Below are positions 42,580 to 55,100 of a DNA stretch of 64,000 nt, piece by piece. The stretch's first letter is position 1. Each line of letters begins with the position of its first letter. Source of the stretch: Gemmatimonadales bacterium (lineage in GTDB: Bacteria; Gemmatimonadota; Gemmatimonadetes; Gemmatimonadales; GWC2-71-9); NCBI GenBank assembly GCA_046262715.1, contig JBHEMG010000185.1, forward strand, positions 2,425-66,424, in the 5' to 3' direction. The notes beneath the pieces are model-generated. The model was not told the DNA's origin, did not search any database, and saw only the letters and a list, made by a program, of their open reading frames with translations. The position numbers were made by a program, and so were the translations under genes.

Positions 42580-43898
42580 GACTCTGCCAAGCGATCGCGT
42601 ACGATGCGGTCGAGCTGTGTCCGCAACGGGCCGACGTCCATACGGCCGAGGATCTCGGCGGCAAAGCCGTAGGTCAGCAGCCGGCGCGCCTCATGCTCAC
42701 CGACGCCGCGGCTTCGCAGGTAAAAGAGCGCGCGCGGATCGAGCGGGCCGACCGTGGAGCCGTGCGTGCATTTCACGTCGTCGGCATAGATCTCGAGCTG
42801 CGGCTGACTGTCGGCGTGCGCCTCGGACGAGAGCAGCAGGTTGTTATTGGTTTGCTTGGAATCGGTCTTCTGCGCCCCGGGTCGCACGATGATCCGCCCG
42901 GTGAAGACGCCGCGCGATTTCCCGTCGAGCACGCCGTTGAAATACTCATGACTCTCGCAATGGTCGGCGGCGTGATCGATGGTCGTGTGGTGGTCGGCAT
43001 GCTGCTCGCCGGCGAGCAGATACAGGCCATTGAGAACCAGCGTACCTCCCGGCCCTGCCATGACGCTGCCGATGTCATGCCGAGCGAGCGCGGCACCGAA
43101 CGCCACGACATGGAGATTGACGGTGCTGTCGCGGCCCTGATGCGTATCAGTTGCGGCCACGTGAAAGGCGCCGGGGCCCTCGCGCTGCACGCGGTGCAAA
43201 TCGACGCGGGCGCCGTCGCCCGCGCTGATTTCGGTGACGGCGTTGGTCCAATACGGCCCGTCGCCGATCGCGGCGTACGTCTCGATAATGGAGGCACGCG
43301 CTTCGCGCTCGACGACGAAGAGGCTCCGGGGATGCGTGACCACACGCGCGTTCTTCGTCGGCATCGCGAGAAAGAGCAGTTGAATCGGCTCGGCGACACT
43401 CTGCTTGGCGGGAATGTGGACGAAGGCGCCGTCACGCAGAAAGGCGGTGTTGAGGGCGGAGAACGGACGCTCCTGGTGCTCGGCGTATCTGCAGAGATGC
43501 GCGCGTACAAGGTCGGGCTGATCGGCGAGCGCCTGCCCCAAACCGTCCACGCGCACGGCGCCCGCAATCACGGTAGACAGCGTGCGCTGCAGGAAGCCGT
43601 TGACGAACACGAGCCGAGCACCGCCATCGTCGAGCAGAAAGGGGCGGATCTCTTCGAGCGTCGGAACGCGGGTGGGCGGATGCGCAGGCTCGAACGTGGC
43701 ATCCGCGATCGCCGAGACGCTCGTGAAGCGCCACGCTTCCTGCTTCATGGTGGGGAATCCCAGCGCGCCGAATCGGGCGATACCGCCCTCGCGCAGATCC
43801 TTCAGCCAGCCGGGCGCGCGGGAGGCGCCGTTCGCCGCCCATGCGTGGTAGGAGCCAACCAGCCGTTCGACGGAACCCGTTTTCACTGCCATCGTCAC
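42576..43898 (-). CDS. sufD: Fe-S cluster assembly protein SufD
   Basis: Its position between sufC and sufU, plus C-terminal beta-helix blocks (VFTGRIIVRPGAQKTDSKQTNNNLLLS...PQLEIYADDVKCTHGSTVG). Confidence 0.85.
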   Translation of the reverse strand: MTMAVKTGSVERLVGSYHAWAANGASRAPGWLKDLREGGIARFGALGFPTMKQEAWRFTSVSAIADATFEPAHPPTRVPTLEEIRPFLLDDGGARLVFVNGFLQRTLSTVIAGAVRVDGLGQALADQPDLVRAHLCRYAEHQERPFSALNTAFLRDGAFVHIPAKQSVAEPIQLLFLAMPTKNARVVTHPRSLFVVEREARASIIETYAAIGDGPYWTNAVTEISAGDGARVDLHRVQREGPGAFHVAATDTHQGRDSTVNLHVVAFGAALARHDIGSVMAGPGGTLVLNGLYLLAGEQHADHHTTIDHAADHCESHEYFNGVLDGKSRGVFTGRIIVRPGAQKTDSKQTNNNLLLSSEAHADSQPQLEIYADDVKCTHGSTVGPLDPRALFYLRSRGVGEHEARRLLTYGFAAEILGRMDVGPLRTQLDRIVRDRLAES

Positions 43899-44685
43899 GA
43901 CACCATCACGCCATCACGCAGCCAGTCGTAGCCTCGGGCCTCGAGTTCTTGTGCCAGTTCGGGACCCCCGGACTTCACGATCCGCCCGTGCGCCAGGACG
44001 TGGACGACGTCCGGCGTGATGTAGTCCAGCAGCCGCTGGTAGTGCGTCACGATCAAGAAGGAGCGATCGGGACTCCGCAGCTTGTTCACCGTCTCGGCGA
44101 CCGTTTTCAGGGCGTCGATGTCGAGGCCCGAGTCGGTTTCATCGAGAACGGCCAGCCTGGGCTCGAGCACAGCGAGCTGCAGGATCTCGTTGCGTTTCTT
44201 CTCGCCGCCCGAGAAGCCCTCGTTCACCGGACGGTTCATCATCGTGTCGTCCCAGCCGATGGCTTTCAGCTTCGCTTCGAGCACCTGGAGGAAATCGATC
44301 GGATCGAGCTCCGGCTGGCCGCGATGCCTGCGCAGCGAGTTGAGCGCCGAGCGCAGGAAATAGGAGTTCGTGATGCCGCGAATCTCGACGGGATACTGGA
44401 ACGCGAGAAACACGCCTTCACGCGCGCGCTCCTCAGGCTTGAGATCGAGCAAGTCCTTGCCGTCGTAGGTCGCGCTGCCGCCGAGCACCGTGTAGGCCGG
44501 ATGACCGGCGAGCACCTGGGCGAGCGTGCTCTTGCCCGAGCCGTTCGGCCCCATGATCGCGTGCACTTCCCCGTCGCGGATGGTGAGATCCACGCCCTTC
44601 AGAATCTCGGTGCCGGCAACAGCGACGCGCAGTCCTTTCACCTGCAGGAGCACGTTTGCCGTTTCCCGTTTCTCGCGTCCCGACA

Positions 44686-44686
<1 letters not shown>
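43895..44686 (-). CDS. sufC: Fe-S cluster assembly ATPase SufC
   Basis: This is the internal part of ORF 43895..44935. LQVKGLRVAV...GPNGSGKSTL, FSGGEKKRNEILQ, AVLDETDSGLD. ATG 44686 overlaps the sufB stop (TAATG). Confidence 0.95.
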
Positions 44687-46119
<1,433 letters not shown>

Positions 46120-46181
46120 CGCGCCCTTGGAAGTCGTTGCAAGACATGAGTTTGGCAATTAAAAACTGAGCTCAATTGGGA

Positions 46182-46209
46182 ATCCTAATGGTTTTGTCGG
46201 GATTGTCAA
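46182..46209 (-). promoter_or_regulatory. Candidate promoter of the suf operon
   Basis: The minus strand reads TTGACA - 16 nt - TAGGAT in an AT-richer intergenic stretch. This is pattern-based only. Confidence 0.3.
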
Positions 46210-46224
46210 TGAACCGATAAATGG

Positions 46225-46836
46225 TCAGTAGATATCCCGATTCCACTCCCTCACCAGCCGCTCATAGTCTTCAGGCGTATTGAGCTCGTCGATAACGGCC
46301 GGGTCATCCACAGGGACACTGGAGACTTCCCTTTCATGCGCATGCAATACCGCGCGCGCGCCTGTGCGCGTGGCTTCGGGGCTTTCCAAGAGCTCACCGA
46401 ACAGGCTGGCGCCCCAGACGACCGGGTGTCCGCGCCGCTCTCCGAAGGTAGGCACAACTGCTGCAGCGCCGGTGAGCCGATGCGCCTCCATGACGCGCTC
46501 CACCGTGGTGACGCGGACATGAGGCAGATCGACTGGCCAAACCAATACTGCACTTGGTTGTAGGGGTTGCAGGGCACGCAGGGCCACACGCAGCGAGGCA
46601 ATTGGACCGGTTTCCGGCTCCAAGTTCTCGGCGATCATGCAGTCATGCCCGGCCAGCGCCGGCCGGACTCGGGGTGCGTCCGGCCCAAGCACCACGACGC
46701 GCGTTTTGACCTCAAGAGCCTCCAAAGCCTCCAATATCCGGACGGCAAAGGGCAGCCCGAGGAAGTCCAGGAGCGCTTTGGGAGACCTCATGCGCGCCGA
46801 CCGGCCAGCGGCCAGGACCACACCGGCTAACGACAT
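46225..46836 (-). CDS. MobA/MocA-like nucleotidyltransferase (molybdenum cofactor cytidylyl/guanylyl-transferase family)
   Basis: GVVLAAGRSARMRSPKALL N-terminal NTP-transferase loop, and WPVDLP. Confidence 0.75.
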   Translation of the reverse strand: MSLAGVVLAAGRSARMRSPKALLDFLGLPFAVRILEALEALEVKTRVVVLGPDAPRVRPALAGHDCMIAENLEPETGPIASLRVALRALQPLQPSAVLVWPVDLPHVRVTTVERVMEAHRLTGAAAVVPTFGERRGHPVVWGASLFGELLESPEATRTGARAVLHAHEREVSSVPVDDPAVIDELNTPEDYERLVREWNRDIY

Positions 46837-46923
46837 AAGGGCTATGACGCTACGTCACTAAACCGACCTGCCGCTAGGGGCAGTTGCATGCAGGGAGGAA
46901 ACTGCCACATTAGGCGTCCCTTT

Positions 46924-47469
46924 ATGGCCGTCCGACGCATACGCCAGCTTGGCGACCCGATCTTACGGGTCCGCTGCACTCCGGTCGAAGACCCCAAGTC
47001 TCCGGCGGTGCGCCTGCTTTCGGACGATCTCCGTGACACACTGCGTACCGCCCGCAAGAAGTACAGCATGGGACGAGCGCTCGCCGCGCCGCAAATCGGC
47101 GCGCCCGTGCGCGTTGTGCTCGTGGAGATCGGCAAATTCCGCGCGACGATGATCAATCCGGAGATCACGGACGTGGGATCCGAAGACTTCCACGTGTGGG
47201 ACGACTGCTTCTCCTTCCCGAACCTGCTGGTGCGCGTCACGCGGGCCTATCGCGCCTCGCTGCGCTACACCGATATGAAAGGGAAACAGGTGACGATGGA
47301 GCTGGAAGGGCCGATGGCGGAGCTGCTGCAGCACGAGCTCGACCACCTGGACGGCATTCTCGCGTTGGACCAGCCGAGCGGCCTCGATCCGTTCGCGTAC
47401 AAGACGGAGTGGGAGAAGCGTCACAAGGCTGCGGAACGCTACGGAGCGCCCCGGCCCCGCGAACTCTAA
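46924..47469 (+). CDS. def: Peptide deformylase
   Basis: ORF 46888..47469. MAVRRIRQLGDPILR, GRALAAPQIG, DDCFSFP, QHELDHLDG. Confidence 0.9.
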   Translation: MAVRRIRQLGDPILRVRCTPVEDPKSPAVRLLSDDLRDTLRTARKKYSMGRALAAPQIGAPVRVVLVEIGKFRATMINPEITDVGSEDFHVWDDCFSFPNLLVRVTRAYRASLRYTDMKGKQVTMELEGPMAELLQHELDHLDGILALDQPSGLDPFAYKTEWEKRHKAAERYGAPRPREL

Positions 47470-47487
47470 GACCCGCTACATTCCCAC

Positions 47488-49569
<2,082 letters not shown>

Positions 49570-49582
<13 letters not shown>

Positions 49583-49935
49583 ATGCGACCCAATGCTTTG
49601 AGGAGCTGACTCTCGGCACTGGAGCCGTCGGGTGCTTCGGACAAGACGACCGCCAGCCGGCGTCGCAGGAGAGGATCGCGCGTCGCTTGCGCCGCGAACT
49701 GGACGGTGAGGGGAACGAACCAGGACGCTTGGCGCGCACCGGACCCAGCGCGCGCGACTGCGGCGTATTGTTCGAACAGCGCCAGCAGGAATGCCCCTTT
49801 CGATGGGAAGTGTCGGTAGATGGCGCCCTTGGTGAACCCCGCAGCCAGAGCAACCTCATCGAGTGTCGCTTGCTCAAAGCCGCGCTCGGCGAACAGCTCG
49901 AGGCCCGCCGCGACGAGCAACGACCGGGTCTCCAT
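49570..49935 (-). CDS. Short TetR-family transcriptional regulator (121 aa)
   Basis: This is the internal part of ORF 49570..49998. HTH region LLVAAGLELFAERGFEQATLDEVALAAGFTKGAIYRHFPSK. The C-terminal ligand domain is unusually short and overlaps the cyclase start by 13 nt. Confidence 0.75.
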
Positions 49936-50036
49936 CTTGCGGCGCTGGTGAATGATCCCCACGGGTATCCACGATACTTGTGGGCACCTTTTGCGCAAGC
50001 ATGGGCAGTAATTGTGCAGGTATCAGGGGTGGACGC

Positions 50037-50054
50037 AGATACTCGCAAGTATCT
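50037..50054. promoter_or_regulatory. Perfect 18-bp palindrome, candidate TetR operator
   Basis: AGATACT cgca AGTATCT. Related half-sites GATACTTG (49973-49980) and GCGCAAGCAT (49993-50002) lie in the same TetR/ferredoxin divergent region. Confidence 0.5.
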
Positions 50055-50147
50055 TAGGTACCGAATAGTCCCTTGACTGAGCTAAGCGTCAGTCTAGGTT
50101 TGCCATGCGCTCCCCCGAACGCACCCGTTCCGTACTCAGGAGATGGC

Positions 50148-50420
50148 ATGCCGTACGTCATTGCCGAGCCCTGCATCAACGTCAAGGATCGCTCCTGCGT
50201 GGACGTCTGTCCCGTGGATTGCATCTACGAAGGCCCGGACATGCTGTACATCCATCCCGACGAGTGCATCGACTGCGGCGCATGCGAACCAGAATGCCCG
50301 GTGACCGCAATTTTCCCTGAAGAAGATGTTCCGCCGCAATGGAAGGACTACATCGCGAAAAATCGCGACGTCTTCCAGAGCGATACACCGCCGGGGAAGC
50401 CGCAGCGCAAAGGCGCCTAG
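50148..50420 (+). CDS. fdxA: 7Fe-type ferredoxin (FdxA-like)
   Basis: This is the internal part of ORF 50073..50420. AGGAGA Shine-Dalgarno plus ATG 50148. [26 protein letters not shown]...[12 protein letters not shown]. Confidence 0.9.
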   Translation: MPYVIAEPCINVKDRSCVDVCPVDCIYEGPDMLYIHPDECIDCGACEPECPVTAIFPEEDVPPQWKDYIAKNRDVFQSDTPPGKPQRKGA

Positions 50421-51376
50421 AACGGAAAGGTTTGCCAAAAGACGGCGCGTTGCATCATGCCGCTCGCGCGTTGTAGCACGCTGAACGCTTTGGCGCCGTA
50501 GGTCGGATCGAGTCGCACGCCATGCGCCGCCGCGAGTACTCGCGCTGATTCTCCTGCCGGGCTCGGGTGTCCATATCCCTCGCCAATCGCATCCAAGACC
50601 TCCACTCGAATCGTCGCTCGCGGCACTTGAAACTCGATCCCCGCTTGGCGCAGCGCCGCTGCGGCTTTACGGGCCAACCGCAGCGTCCGCCAACGGTTCG
50701 CGACTATCCGCGGCGCGACGCGAACGGCCAAGACTTGCGTGGACCAGCCAAGCCAAGCGATACCGAGCGCAATGCCCGCCGCCGTGCCGCCCGTTCCGAG
50801 CGGCACCACGATCGTGTCGGGCGGCGTCGAGAGCTGTGTCCCCAGCTCGATCGCGGCAAGAAGGTGACCGATGACGGCGCGGGGCTCAGCGCCACCGCCG
50901 GGGATCCAATGCGGCTTGCCCCTGCCGAGGTGATGCGCGGCGCGCCAGGCACGCAGCACCGCCCAGGGCAGCGTGACCAAGCTCGACGCCCGCACCACCA
51001 GATTCGCCTCCGCGCTGGTCGCGGCAACGACTGCCCGGCTTGCTTCGGTGTCAGGCTGCGGAAAGAGCGCCACCGCCGTGCGATGACCCTGGCGTCTGGC
51101 GTGGCGCGCGGTGGCGAGCGCGTGGCTCGAGCCGGTGCCGCCGATGGTGACGAAGACCGAGCGAGGTGGCGCGCCGGCCAGGAGAAATTCGAGGCCGCGT
51201 ACCTTGTTTCCGCCCGCGGCATCCTCACGCTTGAGCCAAAGCGTCTGCAGTCCCAACGCCCGCGCCAGTGCCGGATGCTCCTCGAGCGGCGTAGGCCACT
51301 CGGCGAGACTGCACGGCACGAAAGCGGCGCGTATCTTTGTGGCCAACGCTGCGGAGCGATCCATGCGAGTTTCCAC
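50417..51376 (-). CDS. PLP-dependent enzyme of the ACC deaminase / D-cysteine desulfhydrase family
   Basis: [17 protein letters not shown] (PLP-Lys block) and TIGGTGSSH. The start is GTG 51376 or ATG 51364. Confidence 0.8.
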   Translation of the reverse strand: METRMDRSAALATKIRAAFVPCSLAEWPTPLEEHPALARALGLQTLWLKREDAAGGNKVRGLEFLLAGAPPRSVFVTIGGTGSSHALATARHARRQGHRTAVALFPQPDTEASRAVVAATSAEANLVVRASSLVTLPWAVLRAWRAAHHLGRGKPHWIPGGGAEPRAVIGHLLAAIELGTQLSTPPDTIVVPLGTGGTAAGIALGIAWLGWSTQVLAVRVAPRIVANRWRTLRLARKAAAALRQAGIEFQVPRATIRVEVLDAIGEGYGHPSPAGESARVLAAAHGVRLDPTYGAKAFSVLQRASGMMQRAVFWQTFPF

Positions 51377-51533
51377 CGACTACATACGTCATGCGGCGCG
51401 AGCCGCTCGCAAATGCGCGGGCGACCCGCTGGGCGGGGCGCCACAGGCGCCCGATCCGGAATTCTACAAGACGCTAGCCAAGGCGCTTGAAGAGATCGCC
51501 GCCGGCATGGAGGCGCTAGGGAAGGAGGAGTGA
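51363..51533 (+). CDS. Hypothetical small protein (56 aa), coupled to rnd
   Basis: This is the tail of ORF 51111..51533, starting at ATG 51363 ([20 protein letters not shown]...). Its stop overlaps the rnd GTG (GTGA), which is preceded by GGAGGAG. Confidence 0.4.
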   Translation: MRVSTDYIRHAARAARKCAGDPLGGAPQAPDPEFYKTLAKALEEIAAGMEALGKEE

Positions 51534-52666
51534 CGGCTCCGGCAAGTTACATAGCGACGCCCCAGCAGCTGGCGGAATTCATCGCCGCCGTGAGGCGGGA
51601 GTCGCGCGCTGCGGTAGACACCGAGGCCGCGAGCTTTCACCGCTATCGCGATCGTATTTACCTGGTGCAAATCTGCAGCCCAACCCGCGCGGCGCTCATA
51701 GACCCGCTGGCCGTCCACGATCTAGCCCCCGTCGGCGGACTGCTCACTGATCCCCAAGTCGAAAAAGTCTTTCATGACGCCGATTACGATCTGCGCGTGC
51801 TCGATCGGGACTACGGGTTTCGCGCGGTCCGGCTATTCGATACGCGCATCGCGGCCCAGCTTGCCGGCGAACCCGCCATCGGCCTCGCCGCCCTGCTCGA
51901 GAAATACGCCGGGGTGAAGCTCGACAAGGAGCACCAGAAAGCCGATTGGTCGATGCGGCCACTCACGCCGCCCATGCTGGCGTATGCCGCCGCCGACACG
52001 CAATACCTCCTGGCGCTGCGCGACGCGCTCGAGCAACGCCTTCGGGAATTGGGGCGCTTCTCCTGGGCCGCCGAAGAATTCCGTTTGCTCGAAGCGTTGC
52101 GCTGGACCGGCGTGACGGCAGGGGGGGACGAAGAGACATACTTGCGGATAAAAGGCGCGAAGGGATTGCCGTCGCGCGGCTTGGCCGCGCTGCGCGAATT
52201 GCACTGCTGGCGTGAATCCGTGGCGCAGCGTGAAGACAAAGCGCCATTCCGCATCATCGGGAACGACTCGCTTCTCGCTGTGAGCCGCGCCCTGCCTGCA
52301 ACCCCAGCGGATCTGGCCCGGGTGCGGGAGGTGCCTGCCTCCCTTGCCCGGCGCTATGGCGACGCGCTGCTCGATGCCGTCGCGCGGGCGCAAGCACTGA
52401 ACGAGAGCGAGCTGCCCCGACTGGAGCGCCAGTCGCGGCCGCAGAAGGACCCCGGCTTCGATGCGCGCCTCGAGAAAGTGAAAGCGGAGCGCAACCGCGT
52501 CGCCGCCGAGCTCGGTCTGGACGCAGGCGTGCTATGCGGACGGACGACGTTGGAAGCGGTGGTACGGGCGCGCCCGGTCGATGGGGCGGCATTGGAGCGG
52601 GTGGAAGGCTTGCGACGTTGGCAGATCGAGGTGTTGGGCCAGGCGTTGCTCGCAGCGGCGCGCTAG
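51530..52666 (+). CDS. rnd: Ribonuclease D (DEDD 3'-5' exonuclease plus HRDC)
   Basis: AVDTEAASFHRYRDRIYLVQI, FHDADYDL, YAAADTQYLL and a C-terminal HRDC-like region. Confidence 0.85.
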   Translation: MTAPASYIATPQQLAEFIAAVRRESRAAVDTEAASFHRYRDRIYLVQICSPTRAALIDPLAVHDLAPVGGLLTDPQVEKVFHDADYDLRVLDRDYGFRAVRLFDTRIAAQLAGEPAIGLAALLEKYAGVKLDKEHQKADWSMRPLTPPMLAYAAADTQYLLALRDALEQRLRELGRFSWAAEEFRLLEALRWTGVTAGGDEETYLRIKGAKGLPSRGLAALRELHCWRESVAQREDKAPFRIIGNDSLLAVSRALPATPADLARVREVPASLARRYGDALLDAVARAQALNESELPRLERQSRPQKDPGFDARLEKVKAERNRVAAELGLDAGVLCGRTTLEAVVRARPVDGAALERVEGLRRWQIEVLGQALLAAAR

Positions 52667-52971
52667 AACCCCATCATCGCGCGGATCTTCGGATCGATCC
52701 GCTCCGGTGTCCAGTACGGCTCCCATACGATGTCGATGTCCACATCCTTTACGCCCTCGAGCGCGCGCACGGCTTTATAAATGTCGTTCGTGATCATCGG
52801 CCCCGCCGGACAGCCAGGCGAGGTCAACGTCATGTTGATGCGCACCAGCCCCTCGTCCACGTCGACGTCGTAGACGAGTCCCAGATCGACGATGTTCAGG
52901 TCGAGCTCGGGGTCCTTTACCTTGCGCAACTCCTGGCGGACCGATTCAGCGCTCAGTACAGCGGTGCTCAC
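52663..52971 (-). CDS. sufT: DUF59 / SufT-type Fe-S assembly factor
   Basis: VKDPELDLNIVDLGLVYDV...MTLTSPGCPAG. Confidence 0.8.
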   Translation of the reverse strand: MSTAVLSAESVRQELRKVKDPELDLNIVDLGLVYDVDVDEGLVRINMTLTSPGCPAGPMITNDIYKAVRALEGVKDVDIDIVWEPYWTPERIDPKIRAMMGF

Positions 52972-53028
52972 GTGATCATTGCCTCCCGTTTGCGAACCTA
53001 GCGACCCGCCACATCCGCCACCAGAGAC

Positions 53029-54120
53029 CTAAGGAGTGGGTACGCCGACGGCTCGCGCCGCAGCATCCGCGACCTGCCCGCGGACCTTCTTCAGCTTGCT
53101 GAACGATCCGCGCGCTCTGGGATCGTACGCCCGATTCGTGAGCAACAGCACGAACACGTCCCGATCGGGGTCGATCCACAGCGACGTCCCGGTCCAACCT
53201 GTATGCCCATAGCTGCGCGGCCCGAACAGCGTACCGGCGCTCGACGTCTCCTCGCCGGTCGGTAGCGCTTCCCATCCCAGCGTGCGGGCGCTCGTGCCTC
53301 GCCGGGCCGTTACGGCGATTTGAGTGAATTGATGCACCGTTTCGCTCTTGAGAATGCGAGGACCGCCCGGCGCGGTTCCCTCGCCGAGCATGAGCTGCGC
53401 GAAGCGAGCGAGCGCCCGCGCCGATGCAAACAGCCCGGCATGGCCCGCCACGCCACCCAGCCGCGCCGCATTCGGATCGTTTACGATCCCTGCGATAGGG
53501 TGGCCGTGCCACAAGCCGGTGGGGGCAATGCGGCGCTCGAGCCGCTTCGGCGGCCGGAACAGCATCTCCGACGTGACGCCGAGGGGCGCATACACTTCGC
53601 GCGTTACGAATTGATCGAGCGGCAGGCCGATGACATGCCGCACGATTTCACCCAGCAGGATCGCGTTGAGATCGGAATACACCATCCGCGATCCAGGCGG
53701 TGCCACGGGCGTGGTGCTGAGCACCATCCGCAACGCCGCGGCGCTGTCGGCCGCCTCGCGCAGTGGCAGCGTGCCGCGGAGTCCGGAGGTGTGCGTCAAC
53801 AGATGCCGCACGGTGATGACGTTCGTGCCGGGCCCGTTGAACTCGGGCACGTACACGGCAACGGGAGCATCCAGTTGGACCAGCCCGCGCTCCACGAGCA
53901 GCATCAGCGCCGGCGTCGTTGCTACGACCTTCGTCAGCGACGCGAGATCCCACAGTGTGCTGTCCGTGCTGACCGCCGCACTCGCCGGCGACCACGTGAA
54001 TCGCCCGTACCCTCTGGCAAACAGGATGGTATCGTGCCGCCCGACGACCAGCGCGGCGCCCGGGTAGACGCCTTGCCGGATCCCCTCCAGCACGGCGTGG
54101 TCGAGCACGGTCGCGTCCAC
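53029..54120 (-). CDS. Serine hydrolase, beta-lactamase (class C / PBP4*-like) family
   Basis: The active-site SxxK motif sits in LASLTKVVATT. Also YSDLNAILLG and GHTGWTGTS. Confidence 0.85.
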   Translation of the reverse strand: MDATVLDHAVLEGIRQGVYPGAALVVGRHDTILFARGYGRFTWSPASAAVSTDSTLWDLASLTKVVATTPALMLLVERGLVQLDAPVAVYVPEFNGPGTNVITVRHLLTHTSGLRGTLPLREAADSAAALRMVLSTTPVAPPGSRMVYSDLNAILLGEIVRHVIGLPLDQFVTREVYAPLGVTSEMLFRPPKRLERRIAPTGLWHGHPIAGIVNDPNAARLGGVAGHAGLFASARALARFAQLMLGEGTAPGGPRILKSETVHQFTQIAVTARRGTSARTLGWEALPTGEETSSAGTLFGPRSYGHTGWTGTSLWIDPDRDVFVLLLTNRAYDPRARGSFSKLKKVRGQVADAAARAVGVPTP

Positions 54121-54185
54121 CCCGGGGCTGCGCCCCGGAGTCGCCTGCGCCGCCCCTTGGATGATCAGATAGAGAAGCGCTGCCT

Positions 54186-55010
54186 TCAGCGCAGGCTTCC
54201 CGGGGTGAGCTGATATAGAAGAAGCACGGTCCGGGCATCGCGATCCGACAGGTCACGCACTTTGGCCATCGGATACATGATGTCCGTCGAGTCGCGGGAG
54301 TGGTCGAGACCCAACAGATGCCCGACTTCGTGGATCGCCACGACGCCGACGTCGTCGGCTTCCATCGGCCGGCCCTTCGGATCGAAGGTGGCCAGTGTGA
54401 CCACGGCCGACTGGATATGGCCGTTCTCGTCCCAGGTCACGTCGGTCTGGCCGGTGCGCTCGATCTCGAATTGGATGCGCCACTTCACCGTCACCTCGGC
54501 ATTGCTCGAGTCGCCGTCGAAGTCGAACCGCACCGGCACGCCAACGGCGGTCCACTTCGCGAAGGCGTTCCGAATCGCGTCCAGGAAGACAGGCTGGAAA
54601 TTCGCGGCGTGAGTCGGCGCGAACCACACCCGAATCGGCGCGGTGGTCCGGTTCTCCCAGCGGCGTAAGGTCGAATCCTCGCTGGCGGCCAGCATCTCGC
54701 CGAGGTACGTGCTCGAGCCGCTGGAGCGAATTCGCCGTCGGGTCTCCGAGCGCGCCAACAGCTCGATGTACGAGAGCTCGCGACCACCCGGACCGGCAGG
54801 CAGTGCTGCGCCCTGTGAGGTTGTCGTGGGCGCGGTGGTCTGTTGCTGCGGAGCGGGCGGCACCGTCACTGATACTGTCGACGAGTCGGCGGAGTTGGAA
54901 TCCGGCGCCGGGGCGTTGCGCGCAGTGGGACGAAATGCGTCCCAGAGAATGAAGAGCACGATGAGCACCGCCGCGGCGGCGATCATTCCCGTGAGCCGGC
55001 GTTCTACCAT
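54186..55010 (-). CDS. Membrane-anchored matrixin-like (M10) zinc metalloprotease
   Basis: N-terminal TM, a Pro/Thr/Gln linker, HEVGHLLGLDHS and a Met-turn DIMYP. Confidence 0.8.
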   Translation of the reverse strand: MVERRLTGMIAAAAVLIVLFILWDAFRPTARNAPAPDSNSADSSTVSVTVPPAPQQQTTAPTTTSQGAALPAGPGGRELSYIELLARSETRRRIRSSGSSTYLGEMLAASEDSTLRRWENRTTAPIRVWFAPTHAANFQPVFLDAIRNAFAKWTAVGVPVRFDFDGDSSNAEVTVKWRIQFEIERTGQTDVTWDENGHIQSAVVTLATFDPKGRPMEADDVGVVAIHEVGHLLGLDHSRDSTDIMYPMAKVRDLSDRDARTVLLLYQLTPGSLR

Positions 55011-55100
55011 GTGGCCAATATGCGAACACGCGAGGTCGCGACGCTAGCTTTGCACTTGGCGCGTCCCTATGATTGGGGCCCGCATGTGCTTGAACCATAG

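Noticed and set aside
47188-47202. Additional parS-like sequences: cttCCACGTGtggga at about 47188-47202 and gaCCACGTGAAtcg at about 53990-54003.
   Set aside because: Only one half-site or the central CACGTG matches. They are not palindromic over 14-16 bp and lie inside coding regions (def and the serine hydrolase).
54122-54138. The hairpin CCGGGGC tgc GCCCCGG directly upstream of the serine-hydrolase GTG, considered as a terminator or translational operator.
   Set aside because: It is a short GC stem without a U-tail. Such stems are frequent by chance in DNA of this GC content, and the exact start codon of the downstream gene is uncertain.
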